Shown here: one piece after another, positions 11,223 through 19,910 of the stretch
Layout of the letters: every line of letters begins with the position of its first letter
Numbering within the stretch: the first letter of the stretch is position 1
Assembly: GCA_977017575.1 (NCBI GenBank)
Contig: CDRNVI010000014.1
Location: 434,001-498,000 of the forward strand
Direction: 5' to 3'
Source: Paramoeba atlantica
Taxonomy: Eukaryota > Protista > Discosea
Length of the DNA: 64,000 nucleotides
Notes under the pieces: generated by a model
The model's input: the letters and a program-made list of their open reading frames with translations, nothing else
What the model was told of the DNA's origin: nothing
The model's database searches: none
Translations under genes and position numbers: made by a program

Positions 11223-11770
11223 TTTTTTGCAGATAATAGGGGGGGAAGAGTACGAGTTCTAACTTTATATATGTATGTACGGTATGACTTTCTCACTTAC
11301 TTTCCCACTTGCTCAACTTCTTTCCCTCACTTCCCCCCATTTTAAAAACGAGCAAAATATATAACTAGCAAATACATGCTTTCCCATCTTACCCACTTCC
11401 CCTTACCAATCTTACCAGCTTTCCAGGGAGGGTAAGGTCTCCCTCGGCTAGGAGGGGCAGACTTTCCCCGAACCATTCGCGCGTTCCGGACCGGGTCTTT
11501 CGACCTCTCCCAGCTTGCCTTGGTAACCCTTCTCTTGTTGTACGAGAGGGCTCTCTTTTTTTTTTTTTTTTTTTTTTTTGTCTTTGTTTTTTACTTTCCT
11601 ACTTACTTTACTTCGCCCTTATCAACTTCGCCCGCTTCTCTCCCTTATCTCCACCCCTCAAAGAAACCATCCGCGACTTTCCGACTTCACCCGCTTCTTT
11701 CCCTCACTTCCCCCCCCCCCCGAGCATCCATCCGCGCCTTCCAAACTTTGCCCTCCTCTTTGTTTTTTTT
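11223..11770 (-). mobile_element. Stacked poly(A)-tailed 3'-end fragments inserted into a T tract of the YR element
   Basis: Absent from YR copy 2 (compare 59755-59790). 11229-11552 matches 45950-46270. Confidence 0.7.
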
Positions 11771-11927
11771 TTTTTTTTTCCTGTCTTTTTTTTTTTTTTT
11801 TTTTGTATTTGGTGATCCTGTCCCCTAGGGTTTTCCTTCAATATGACTGTCTAGCTTACCAATATGATGATGCTGATTATCGCTGTATTTGTCGATGTTG
11901 CCTTTATATTTCTCAACCTTCTCTCTC

Positions 11928-14300
11928 TCAATCCGTGGATATGTACGCTGCCTTGACACAAATACCTTTGTCCTCTGTCAGTCGCAGGACTTCGCGCAAT
12001 TCCATTGAAACCCCCTCTGACTTGGAGATCCTCCTGTTCAGTGCAGCCTGACAGGAGGTGTTGTCAACAAAAACATCCAAGCAGGTTCCACGGGGGCAAT
12101 GCGCGGAAAACTTCTCGAGGGCTAAGCGGACTGCTGCAGCTTCCGCACGGTTCACCTCATACGAGGATGACTCAGGCCACGCCTCTCCCGTAATCAAAAC
12201 CTCTCCGCTGTCTAAATACATAATCGCTCCCCATCCTTTCACCGAGGCATCGGTGTAGAGACGATGCTTGTGTAGAACAACATCGGGATGGGGAGGTGGA
12301 GACCGTGGAACATTCTCCAACAACTCGTTTCTCCACTCTGCTAGCATGGAGCGAGTGACGACAGGGAGTGCGACCGGACGGTCACATAACTTGGGGCAAC
12401 GGTTCAACAAGTTGATACGCCGTTGCGCCACCTTCAAAGCGAAATAAAACCGCGGCATATTGAGTCGGAGAACTGCGGAGCCATAAATGAGGCGCCCCAC
12501 CACCGCCTCTAGGTCAACAAAGGAAATGTTGAAGAAAGAGTCGGCTCGCAGTTTCCTGATCACTCGCGGTCCCAGGCAGACCGTATGCGCGTTATGGTCG
12601 AACGCCACCCCATTGAAGACGTACCGTGCTACAGGGGGCTGACCCCGATCTTTGAAAAGACCGTTCGCCTTGTCGCAACGCTCGTCAATGAACTGAGCGT
12701 ACGTGGTGGCCTCGGAGTCGGTTCCTGCAAACCGAACTCCGTCAACATAAACGTCGATAGCGCCTCGGTGAAACGAGTAGCGCTGAGAACAAATCGACGC
12801 CTCGCCAGCAATCGCGGCGGTAACCGTGTGCATAACCTCCGGTGCACACCTATGGCCCATCGGGAGGACGTTCATCTCATACACGTCTCCACTGTTCGTT
12901 CTAAGGCGGAATTTGGGCCGCGCCCTCTTCGGGATACCAATCTGGTAAAACCCGCATGTGAAGTCCCGCTTCACAGCCATCGGCTCGTGCGCCTTATGAA
13001 GATACTTGGAGGGATGATATAATGGGACCTTTGGTTCATATGATTTTAATCTATCGTTATCGTCCCTTGTCCATGAAATAAATCTTCTGCGCTGATTGCC
13101 CTCATCATCGGTCTCCACAACCGTGAAGGGAATCATGAACTGCACCGATGGGCGCTTTCTCAACTCCTGCGCCGGGACCTTAGAGATTATGCCTGCGTCC
13201 TCCAACAATCGGACGTCCGCCTCAGGCAACGAACCTTTCACACTAGGTTCGGGGTACGGGGCTTTAGGTACCCATAATAGTTCATCCACTACCTTGCGAA
13301 AACGAGTGGCAGCTGACATACTCATCCACTCCTTAACCTGATCCAAATGGATAACAGGTATCGACTTCTTAACGTGCAAAGGTAGGTGAGCGTCGTGTGC
13401 CTTGGCTAGCCGTGAAGAGCGGCGTGCACAAACAACGGAGTGCCTGCGAAGGTAAGGCACTTCCTCGAAGCACTTTGCCACGTGCTCCGAGGTTACAGCA
13501 CTGGGAGACGTGCTGAGACTCTCTGCGTCCCGAGAGCCCTTGCCGTTGTAATACTGCTTGCGTTGTAGCGCAACAGTGATTCGACGTTGAGGTGTTTCGT
13601 GAGGTTCTGGACGTCCTCCATCCTGAGATTCCCGAGGGAGATCTCGTGGAATAGGTAAGTAATTGCACCTCTTTTTATGGAATGTGTTCCATACCCCGGA
13701 CCGAGAAGTTGATTCATCCTGTGGTCCATCTCCCGGACCGTCGTGTAACACAGGCGTTGGCCTGGTCTCAAACTTCCCACAAACTGAGCCAGTTCGGGTG
13801 TCCCCGGTCCAGTCACTATCGCGTAGAGGTACGGCCGGTAAGGATTCAGACGGGTTGTCTTGGTCCCCCTGCCCCAATAAATGATTACCTCGTGACTGGC
13901 CACACTCACGAACTGCTCCCGCCTCAGGTCGGCGGTCTCGGTCCATCTCGCAGCGGCTTTCCAACACAGGAGGCAACACATGCTCTCCTTTACGTCGAGA
14001 TGACGTCTCAGCTTCTTTAGAAGAAGTGGCGTGATTGGTAGCATCTGCCGCGTGGGTTCTAGCCCCCCCTGCGCTTGCAGGGCCTTTACGTAGAGACTCA
14101 ATGGGGTACCTTCGATTCCCATGAGCTCGAACAGAGTCCTCAATGCCCCTGCGTACCCCATGCGCGTCGAGGTAGCGAGAGGCAGAGTCTCCAGGAAGAG
14201 CACCGCGTTTGCAGGATTCGCGGTGATTCCCTTCGCCTGGCAATACTCGCGCAGGCGGAACCACAGTCGCTCCCTTGTGGCCCACGTGGCCGTTGCCCAC
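11928..14300 (-). CDS. DIRS-type RT/RNase H ORF; C-terminus lost through a 38-bp deletion
   Basis: KRDFTCGFYQI, LPMG, YVDG, LYTDASVKGWG and VFVDN motifs. Ends at ISTD* whereas copy 2 continues ENPADAVSRG. The 5' part overlaps the YR ORF. Confidence 0.85.
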   Translation of the reverse strand: MGNGHVGHKGATVVPPARVLPGEGNHRESCKRGALPGDSASRYLDAHGVRRGIEDSVRAHGNRRYPIESLRKGPASAGGARTHAADATNHATSSKEAETSSRRKGEHVLPPVLESRCEMDRDRRPEAGAVRECGQSRGNHLLGQGDQDNPSESLPAVPLRDSDWTGDTRTGSVCGKFETRPTPVLHDGPGDGPQDESTSRSGVWNTFHKKRCNYLPIPRDLPRESQDGGRPEPHETPQRRITVALQRKQYYNGKGSRDAESLSTSPSAVTSEHVAKCFEEVPYLRRHSVVCARRSSRLAKAHDAHLPLHVKKSIPVIHLDQVKEWMSMSAATRFRKVVDELLWVPKAPYPEPSVKGSLPEADVRLLEDAGIISKVPAQELRKRPSVQFMIPFTVVETDDEGNQRRRFISWTRDDNDRLKSYEPKVPLYHPSKYLHKAHEPMAVKRDFTCGFYQIGIPKRARPKFRLRTNSGDVYEMNVLPMGHRCAPEVMHTVTAAIAGEASICSQRYSFHRGAIDVYVDGVRFAGTDSEATTYAQFIDERCDKANGLFKDRGQPPVARYVFNGVAFDHNAHTVCLGPRVIRKLRADSFFNISFVDLEAVVGRLIYGSAVLRLNMPRFYFALKVAQRRINLLNRCPKLCDRPVALPVVTRSMLAEWRNELLENVPRSPPPHPDVVLHKHRLYTDASVKGWGAIMYLDSGEVLITGEAWPESSSYEVNRAEAAAVRLALEKFSAHCPRGTCLDVFVDNTSCQAALNRRISKSEGVSMELREVLRLTEDKGICVKAAYISTD

Positions 14301-14677
14301 ATGGGCTGGAGCGCCTCGCCCAATTGAGTGGCGCGCGGGTCCTCGGGGGGCATTCGAAGAATCGCCCTCAGCAGCTCCTGGCGGCGTCCTCCTGGAGGCT
14401 GCGCGGCGTCGGCGGTTACGACGGCAGCGGTTTTGGCGGCGGCGGTCTTGGCGGCGGTGTAAACGGGAACGGGAAGCCGGGGTAGAGGACGGATTGGGAG
14501 GGAGACGCTTCTGCGCCTTAGACGTAACGGGGAGAGAGGGCGGGGAGGAGGAGTATTGCCACGCACGCGTGGCCGTCTTTCGCGCTGGCGGAGAGACGGG
14601 GAGGAAACGGGGGTAAGAATATCCACCCGTCGTCGCCTGGGACGACGGGCACGAGCAGTAATTGGGGTGGGGGGCAT
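13493..14677 (-). CDS. Tyrosine recombinase
   Basis: Catalytic set: R (AAARW), HxxR (HSIKR), H (TKH), Y (LLRY). ATG lies 3 nt after the gag stop. Confidence 0.88.
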   Translation of the reverse strand: MPPTPITARARRPRRRRVDILTPVSSPSLRQRERRPRVRGNTPPPRPLSPLRLRRRSVSLPIRPLPRLPVPVYTAAKTAAAKTAAVVTADAAQPPGGRRQELLRAILRMPPEDPRATQLGEALQPMWATATWATRERLWFRLREYCQAKGITANPANAVLFLETLPLATSTRMGYAGALRTLFELMGIEGTPLSLYVKALQAQGGLEPTRQMLPITPLLLKKLRRHLDVKESMCCLLCWKAAARWTETADLRREQFVSVASHEVIIYWGRGTKTTRLNPYRPYLYAIVTGPGTPELAQFVGSLRPGQRLCYTTVREMDHRMNQLLGPGYGTHSIKRGAITYLFHEISLGNLRMEDVQNLTKHLNVESLLRYNASSITTARALGTQRVSARLPVL

Positions 14678-14680
14678 TTC

Positions 14681-16084
14681 CTAGTGGAAAGCCCGTGTTG
14701 CGCCGTAACGGTTGGCGCCGCCCACCACCCCGCCGCGAAAATCCTGTTGCGGGGTGCGTGTGGTACGGAACTGCCCCCCCTGCTGTTGGGACGCTTGGGG
14801 GCAGTTCGATCGGAGGTGGCCTGGCTGATGACAGCTAAAACAGAAAGGTCCTTGGCTGCGTCGACGAGGAGCACGCTGCGCAGTCCGGCCCCTCAGTTGC
14901 TCGTCAACCACAAGCTGACCGTAGCGGTCCTGAGGGTCGTCGTCACGGTGCAACCGCTGTTGCACACGCTCGACAGCAACGCCCGCCGCAGCCCAATAAT
15001 GGTTGCGAAGCTCTTCGATGATGAGAAGGGCTACGGCGAGGTTGTGCTTCTCTAGCCATCCCTCCGTATTGCACGCAGCGTACACCCATTCAGTTAACAT
15101 CTTGAACAGGCGCTCACGCTGCGGCGGAGGGTTGAAGCGTACCCCAAGCTGCGGAGCTTCGCGCAGCTCACGGATGAGTTCACGTGGCTTGAACAAATCA
15201 TCCGTGTCGATCCACGGTTGCCAAGTAACCGGATCGTAGGGGGAGAAGCCTTTCGGGTCCGTAATACGGACGCGTTCAAACGTGGGGATCAGATCTTCAA
15301 CTGGTTTCCCACCCGGCATCTGCGCCCGAACATGGGCCAGTTCCAAAGAGTGGTAGTTGATCTCGGGATGGGGAAAACGATAGGCAGTGTTCTTGTCCCC
15401 ATCCCACTCGGCGAACAACTCAGTTGAGTTAGGGTCCTTAGGATGCGTCATATGCACCAACCCTATAACCGTCTGCCGTAGGCCGTCACGGGGAAGGGAC
15501 CATACAGCCTCGACGGTGACCTCGTAGTCCTTGCGCAGAAGCTCAATCACTTTCGTGATGAACTCTTCTTTGCTGGATTGTGTCATGATCCCACGCGCAT
15601 CACAGCGTGAACGCTGAGGCAACTCGACGTGGTCAATGTCAAGGGCCTCGTAACGGCGCGGCGAGCGAGAAGCCTCAACCTGGTCGGGGTTAAGGGTTCC
15701 TCTTCGTCGCATATGGGGCTCGGGAGCCTCCAGCGGAAAAGGGTACGGGCTAGGGAGGGAGCTCGCAGGCAAACTGGGAAGGTTGGAAGGGAGAGGGCTA
15801 GGCGGTTCGCGGGCGGGGCTGAGTGCTCTTCCTGAAGGGCGTACCTTTCGGCGCGCTGGGACAGGAGTAGGGGGAATCGGAGGAGGTCGCGCGGATACCT
15901 GCGGAGCCGGCTGCGTGGGGAGAGGGGGGAGAGGGGGGCGCACGGGAGGGCACGAAAGGGACTGACGCTTAGAATGGTCTTGGACGGAGGAGGTCTGAAT
16001 GGGTGTCGGCGCCCTATTCCGCTTCGGTGATCTATCGCGCTCCTGGCGTGGCTCCGACGGAGCCCGTAAACGTTGGGATCTCAT
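14681..16084 (-). CDS. Gag-like protein with a CCHC zinc knuckle
   Basis: CFSCHQPGHLRSNC near the C-terminus and a Pro-rich N-terminus. Likely start is the ATG at 16084, just inside repeat A1; the track start at 16249 is within the repeat. Confidence 0.8.
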   Translation of the reverse strand: MRSQRLRAPSEPRQERDRSPKRNRAPTPIQTSSVQDHSKRQSLSCPPVRPPLPPLPTQPAPQVSARPPPIPPTPVPARRKVRPSGRALSPAREPPSPLPSNLPSLPASSLPSPYPFPLEAPEPHMRRRGTLNPDQVEASRSPRRYEALDIDHVELPQRSRCDARGIMTQSSKEEFITKVIELLRKDYEVTVEAVWSLPRDGLRQTVIGLVHMTHPKDPNSTELFAEWDGDKNTAYRFPHPEINYHSLELAHVRAQMPGGKPVEDLIPTFERVRITDPKGFSPYDPVTWQPWIDTDDLFKPRELIRELREAPQLGVRFNPPPQRERLFKMLTEWVYAACNTEGWLEKHNLAVALLIIEELRNHYWAAAGVAVERVQQRLHRDDDPQDRYGQLVVDEQLRGRTAQRAPRRRSQGPFCFSCHQPGHLRSNCPQASQQQGGQFRTTRTPQQDFRGGVVGGANRYGATRAFH

Positions 16085-16085
16085 A

Positions 16086-16263
16086 CACAAAACTTTAAAT
16101 GTAACAAAATAACAACCTAACAAGAATATAACAAACGAGTAAACACCCCCCTCCATGCAATTAGAGAATACTACATCATAATTTGAGAAGATTATGTGCC
16201 CCGAAGGGCCAGCAGGCAAATATATAGCCGCCCCTCGGCTAAATTTCAAAACGTGAACTATTA
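16086..16263. repeat. Split direct repeat A1
   Basis: Matches 10392-10569. Confidence 0.92.
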
Positions 16264-17898
16264 AAAGTGTATGGCAAAGATTTTCGCCAGATCCGCAGGG
16301 TGGTTAGTGAATGTATTTTCACTATTTTGCATTGGTGGGGCGTCTCCGCTTAAGAAAGCCGTCTGTGAGGCGAATGAAGCGACTTGTCTGTACGCTTCCC
16401 TTGGGTTTTTGACTATATTCGTGCTTTCCAGATTTTGACATTTTTCAGCATAAAAGTTTCTGTTAGCAGAGTGGCATATAAGATTTGCCTTTTTCCGCTT
16501 TTGTTCGTACATTGATTTTGCCTGAAGATTTTCTTCTTCCAAAGCATGATCTATTTTCGTCCTTGCGAAGGCCCTGCGTCTCTCTTCTATGGCTTTACGA
16601 GCTATTTCCGTCATCCAACGAACGTTGCGAGCCTTTGAAACCTGTGAGCAAGCGGCCGCGCTTGCGTGAAGCATTCCCTCTCTAAGTGTCAGCCAGGTAG
16701 TGTCGGGGGACGGATCCAGTTTAACCTGTTTTAGGTGTGCGTTAAGGTGTTGTTCGTACACTTTTCTGCAAGCTTCATTTCGTAGATCTGAGATTCTGAC
16801 GGAAGGAGTTCTCGTTCTTTTTTGTGCCAGCAGGGGGTAAAATAAAGTCGTACGAACCATGCGGTGGTCGCTCCTGTATTCAACGTCTTGTACTACATCA
16901 CATCTTCGAACCATGTAGCTCAAAGGGACCAGGACGTAGTCGATTTGCTTGCGGTCCCCTTCCTTTGGACCATACCAAGTCCAAGTGTATGGCATGTTTT
17001 CCTCATTGTCACCTGAATGTGGGCGTAGTGTATTCGCGATCATCAGTTTGTGGGACGCGCAAAAATTCACAAGTCTATAGCCGTTGTCGTTGGTTTTCTC
17101 TGCTACGGCATTAGGGCCTACGGTGGGGTGCCAGTTTGCGTCGGCTTTGATTGAAGCGTTAAAGTCACCTGCAATATGTAATGTTTCCTGGGTCGGCTTG
17201 TTTCGTATCGCCATTTCTAGATCCGCGTAAAATTTGTCCTTATCCTCCTTTGTGCCTTTTTCCGTTGGGGCGTAAGCGCTGATAACGCACAAATTCCTTG
17301 AGTTACGGGCCTTGAAACTCGCCATAATTATGCGGTCCGATATTCCTTGAAAACTTAGCAAGGCTCGAGCTGCTCTCTTATTGAGCATAAGACCCGTCCC
17401 ATTTTTGTACGTGCATGATTCTCTTTGGCCGCTGTATAGGAGCGTCCATCTACAGTTCGAAAATCCCACAATTTCCTTTCTACCAACGCCTGGTATGCGA
17501 CACTCCTGTATGGCTAGAATGTCTACGCCGGCCTCGTCTCCAATTGTGGCGGTTTCCGAAGCTTCGATTTTCCATCTTTCCGTTGCATCGTTTGGTGACC
17601 CTTTCCACGTCCGAACGTTGTGCGTACCAATCGTAACAATGCCTGGATAATATGGTTTTCGTCTCGGGATTGATCTGGTTCTATGCTTCGTTAATCGGAA
17701 TCTCGGTTTATTTTTGGGTAACTTGTTTTCGCATCTCACCTCGAGCTTTTTTTCCACGAAATTTGGCATTTTGTTTTCCTCTGTTCCTGTGTCATTCGCC
17801 ATTTCCGTGTCACCTCTGCGCGCCCCCTTCTTCGCTAACAGCTTTCCTTTGCGCCTCTTTTTCGATCCTGGCTGGGACCTGATCCCTCGTTTCGTCAT
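16264..17898 (-). pseudogene. LINE 5' part with apurinic-type endonuclease, interrupted by the YR element
   Basis: IGTHNVRT, LAIQE, SAYAP, GDFNA, IDYVLV and SDH motifs. ATG at 17898 is preceded by the SL-like end GTACCTTGTCG (17920-17930). Confidence 0.85.
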
Positions 17899-18019
17899 GG
17901 CAGAGACTAAGTAAAAGAACGACAAGGTACGCCGGGAGGGGTGAAGGGGTGCATGGGGGAAACTCAGAAAGAAAAAAAAAAAAAACAACAAGGTACGGCC
18001 AACAAGGTATGGATAAAAG

Positions 18020-18197
18020 GTGTTACGTGTGCAAAGTGAAATCCCACAACCGGAACATTTACAATGAGAAGGCAGACACCTTGGCGCTTGCAGGGTCGAG
18101 AAAAATAGTCCCAGCCTCAGAAATAAAGAGGAGAAAGACTGCGACAAGTGCCTCAGAAGCTCAAAGAGCGAATTATTATAGCTCCTTATTAGAGCGA
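18020..18197 (+). pseudogene. RNase H C-terminal fragment
   Basis: KVKSH..NEKADTLA resembles the RNase HI WVKGH..NERAD.LA motif. Confidence 0.55.
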
Positions 18198-18198
18198 A

Positions 18199-18907
18199 TT
18201 TTTTTTTTTTTTTTTTTTTTTGCAATTAATAAGGGGGGAGAAGTATGAATCGCGGCATTGCCTCTATATTTTGACCCAGTAGACGAACCAAGTAGGTCCA
18301 TTGGGGGGGGTATACGAGTTAAAAACAAGCAATCAAATTAGCAATTCTTTTTGTTTCCACAGATGTACCTTTTGTTTTTTCTCAGCCCAAAACTAGCAAT
18401 TTAATCTCCCCTAAGTATATACTACAAACAAGAAACAGTAAAAACTAAAACAAGCAATACAGACCCAATCCATTCGCGCGTTCCGGACCGGGTCTTTCGA
18501 CCACTCCACGGCCTGACTTGTGAACCCTTCCCTTGCTATATGGGAGGGCGCAGGCGCGGGCCTGTGTCGACAGCGACACGGTCGCGAAACAGGATGCTGG
18601 CCGACGGGGAGGAGATTCACTACCCGTGTACTACCTCACTTGGGGTACCTAGCCCTCGCGGGCTAGGCGTGAGCATAGACTCTGTCGACCCGACCAGCAC
18701 CCGTGGCCTATGTCACCACCATAGGATCCGTTGGGTCCGACACTATCCTTCCGTGATGGGCTCGTTCGGGTCGGGCACAGCCATGCGTGTAACCATCATA
18801 CGAGCTTGTGCTCGCATGAGGGTCACATTCAATTCGGCATACAATTTATTTGTAGCCTGCTCTTCCGTAAGGGTCCCATTTGAGGCCTGTGCCCGCCTCT
18901 TTCCGAC
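18199..18907 (-). mobile_element. 5'-truncated family A copy (last ~55 codons, full 3' UTR, poly(A))
   Basis: ELNVTLMRAQARMM matches the family A C-terminus; the 3' UTR matches 1-360 and 53750-54140. Confidence 0.85.
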
Positions 18908-19534
18908 TTTTTTTTTTTTTTTTTTTTTGCAAATAATTGGGGGGAATAGTATTGAGTCTAACTTTTTATGTATGGAGTCCAACTTTTCCACAATTTCCAC
19001 ACTTACGGCCCTTCACTTTCCCTTACTCCCCATACTTTCCACACCTACTCCTCTTAGCCCTCTCGTACTTCCCTTCCCTCACTCCCTACCCCACTCACCG
19101 ATCCGCATGCACCCAGGCCCGTATGGTCCTGCACCTCCGCTCCCACCCCGTTAGCAGTAATAAATACTTTTGGTTGCCGTACGAGGGTGGGAGACGTGGA
19201 GGCCACGAAACACAAAGACGTCGTCACGCCGAGGGAGAAGAACGCGGAGAGAGACACGGGGCGACTGACGCAGGGGCGAGAGGAGGCGAAGCACGGGCCC
19301 ATCTGCCAGGAACTCTGCCCCCACCCCGTGAGCAAGTATTGTATACTTTTGGCTGCTGACACGGGGGTGGGGGACGCGAGAGAGAAACACAACAGGGGGG
19401 CAAGCGCACTGCGGAGGGAGGGTGAGGTGGGGGGATGCGGCGCAGGGGGGTGATGGGACGAGACGGGGAAGGGGGATGCCGACAAAAAGGAGTGTATTTG
19501 AGGGGGGTGCCCTCATTCTATTTTTTTTTTTTTT

Positions 19535-19608
19535 CTGAGCCTTCTCCCAAAGATCGTTCGTATTATCCTAAATCTCGCAGGCATTCTAAACACGGATAAT
19601 CGTTGTGA
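19535..19608 (-). mobile_element. Family C 3' terminal fragment with poly(A)
   Basis: Identical to the 3' end of the array units (35787-35860). Confidence 0.85.
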
Positions 19609-19910
19609 CTTGATACTCCCGAATATGGCACTAGTTTCTCCTTCGGGAGACGTGGGGCATTCGGAATGAATCAGGGCTAACACCCAGTTCGCCGAATAGC
19701 GAGGGCTTAGCTCTCCACGTGCCCGGGGAAGGAAGTCCTAGGATCTGCGGAGGCAGCAAATCGCTCACCGATTTGCATACCCTATTCGAAACTCGCAAGA
19801 GTTTCGATGATCCAGCGACCAGGCTCCTTCCCCCAAGTTCCCCTGCTTTCTCAGGGGAGGCGACATCCTTGTACTAGGGTAACCGCCTGTAATCACTATC
19901 ACTACCACTA
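19607..19910 (+). mobile_element. Structured 3' end of an RTE-like LINE with a (CACTAT)n tail
   Basis: Reverse complement of 56456-56752, which lies downstream of an RTE-like RT C-terminus. Confidence 0.75.

Larger units (their letters stand above)
10150..16263 (-). mobile_element. Complete VIPER-like tyrosine-recombinase retrotransposon with split direct repeats
   Basis: Order A1(16086-16263)-gag-YR-RT/RH-B1(10570-10787)-A2(10392-10569)-B2(10150-10367). No TSD; the empty site CACTTT|GAACGC is in frame. Confidence 0.9.

Noticed and set aside
17899-18020. HDV-like ribozyme at LINE 5' ends (as in L1Tc/Ingi)
   Set aside because: No P1-P2-P3-P1.1-P4 arrangement could be built by eye here or at other element starts; not excluded without a descriptor search.
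19607-19910. RNase P/MRP, SRP RNA or group I intron
   Set aside because: GGAAGGAAGTCC only loosely resembles RNase P CR-I; no CR-V, SRP helix-8 AGCAG or group I P/Q/R/S set was found by eye.
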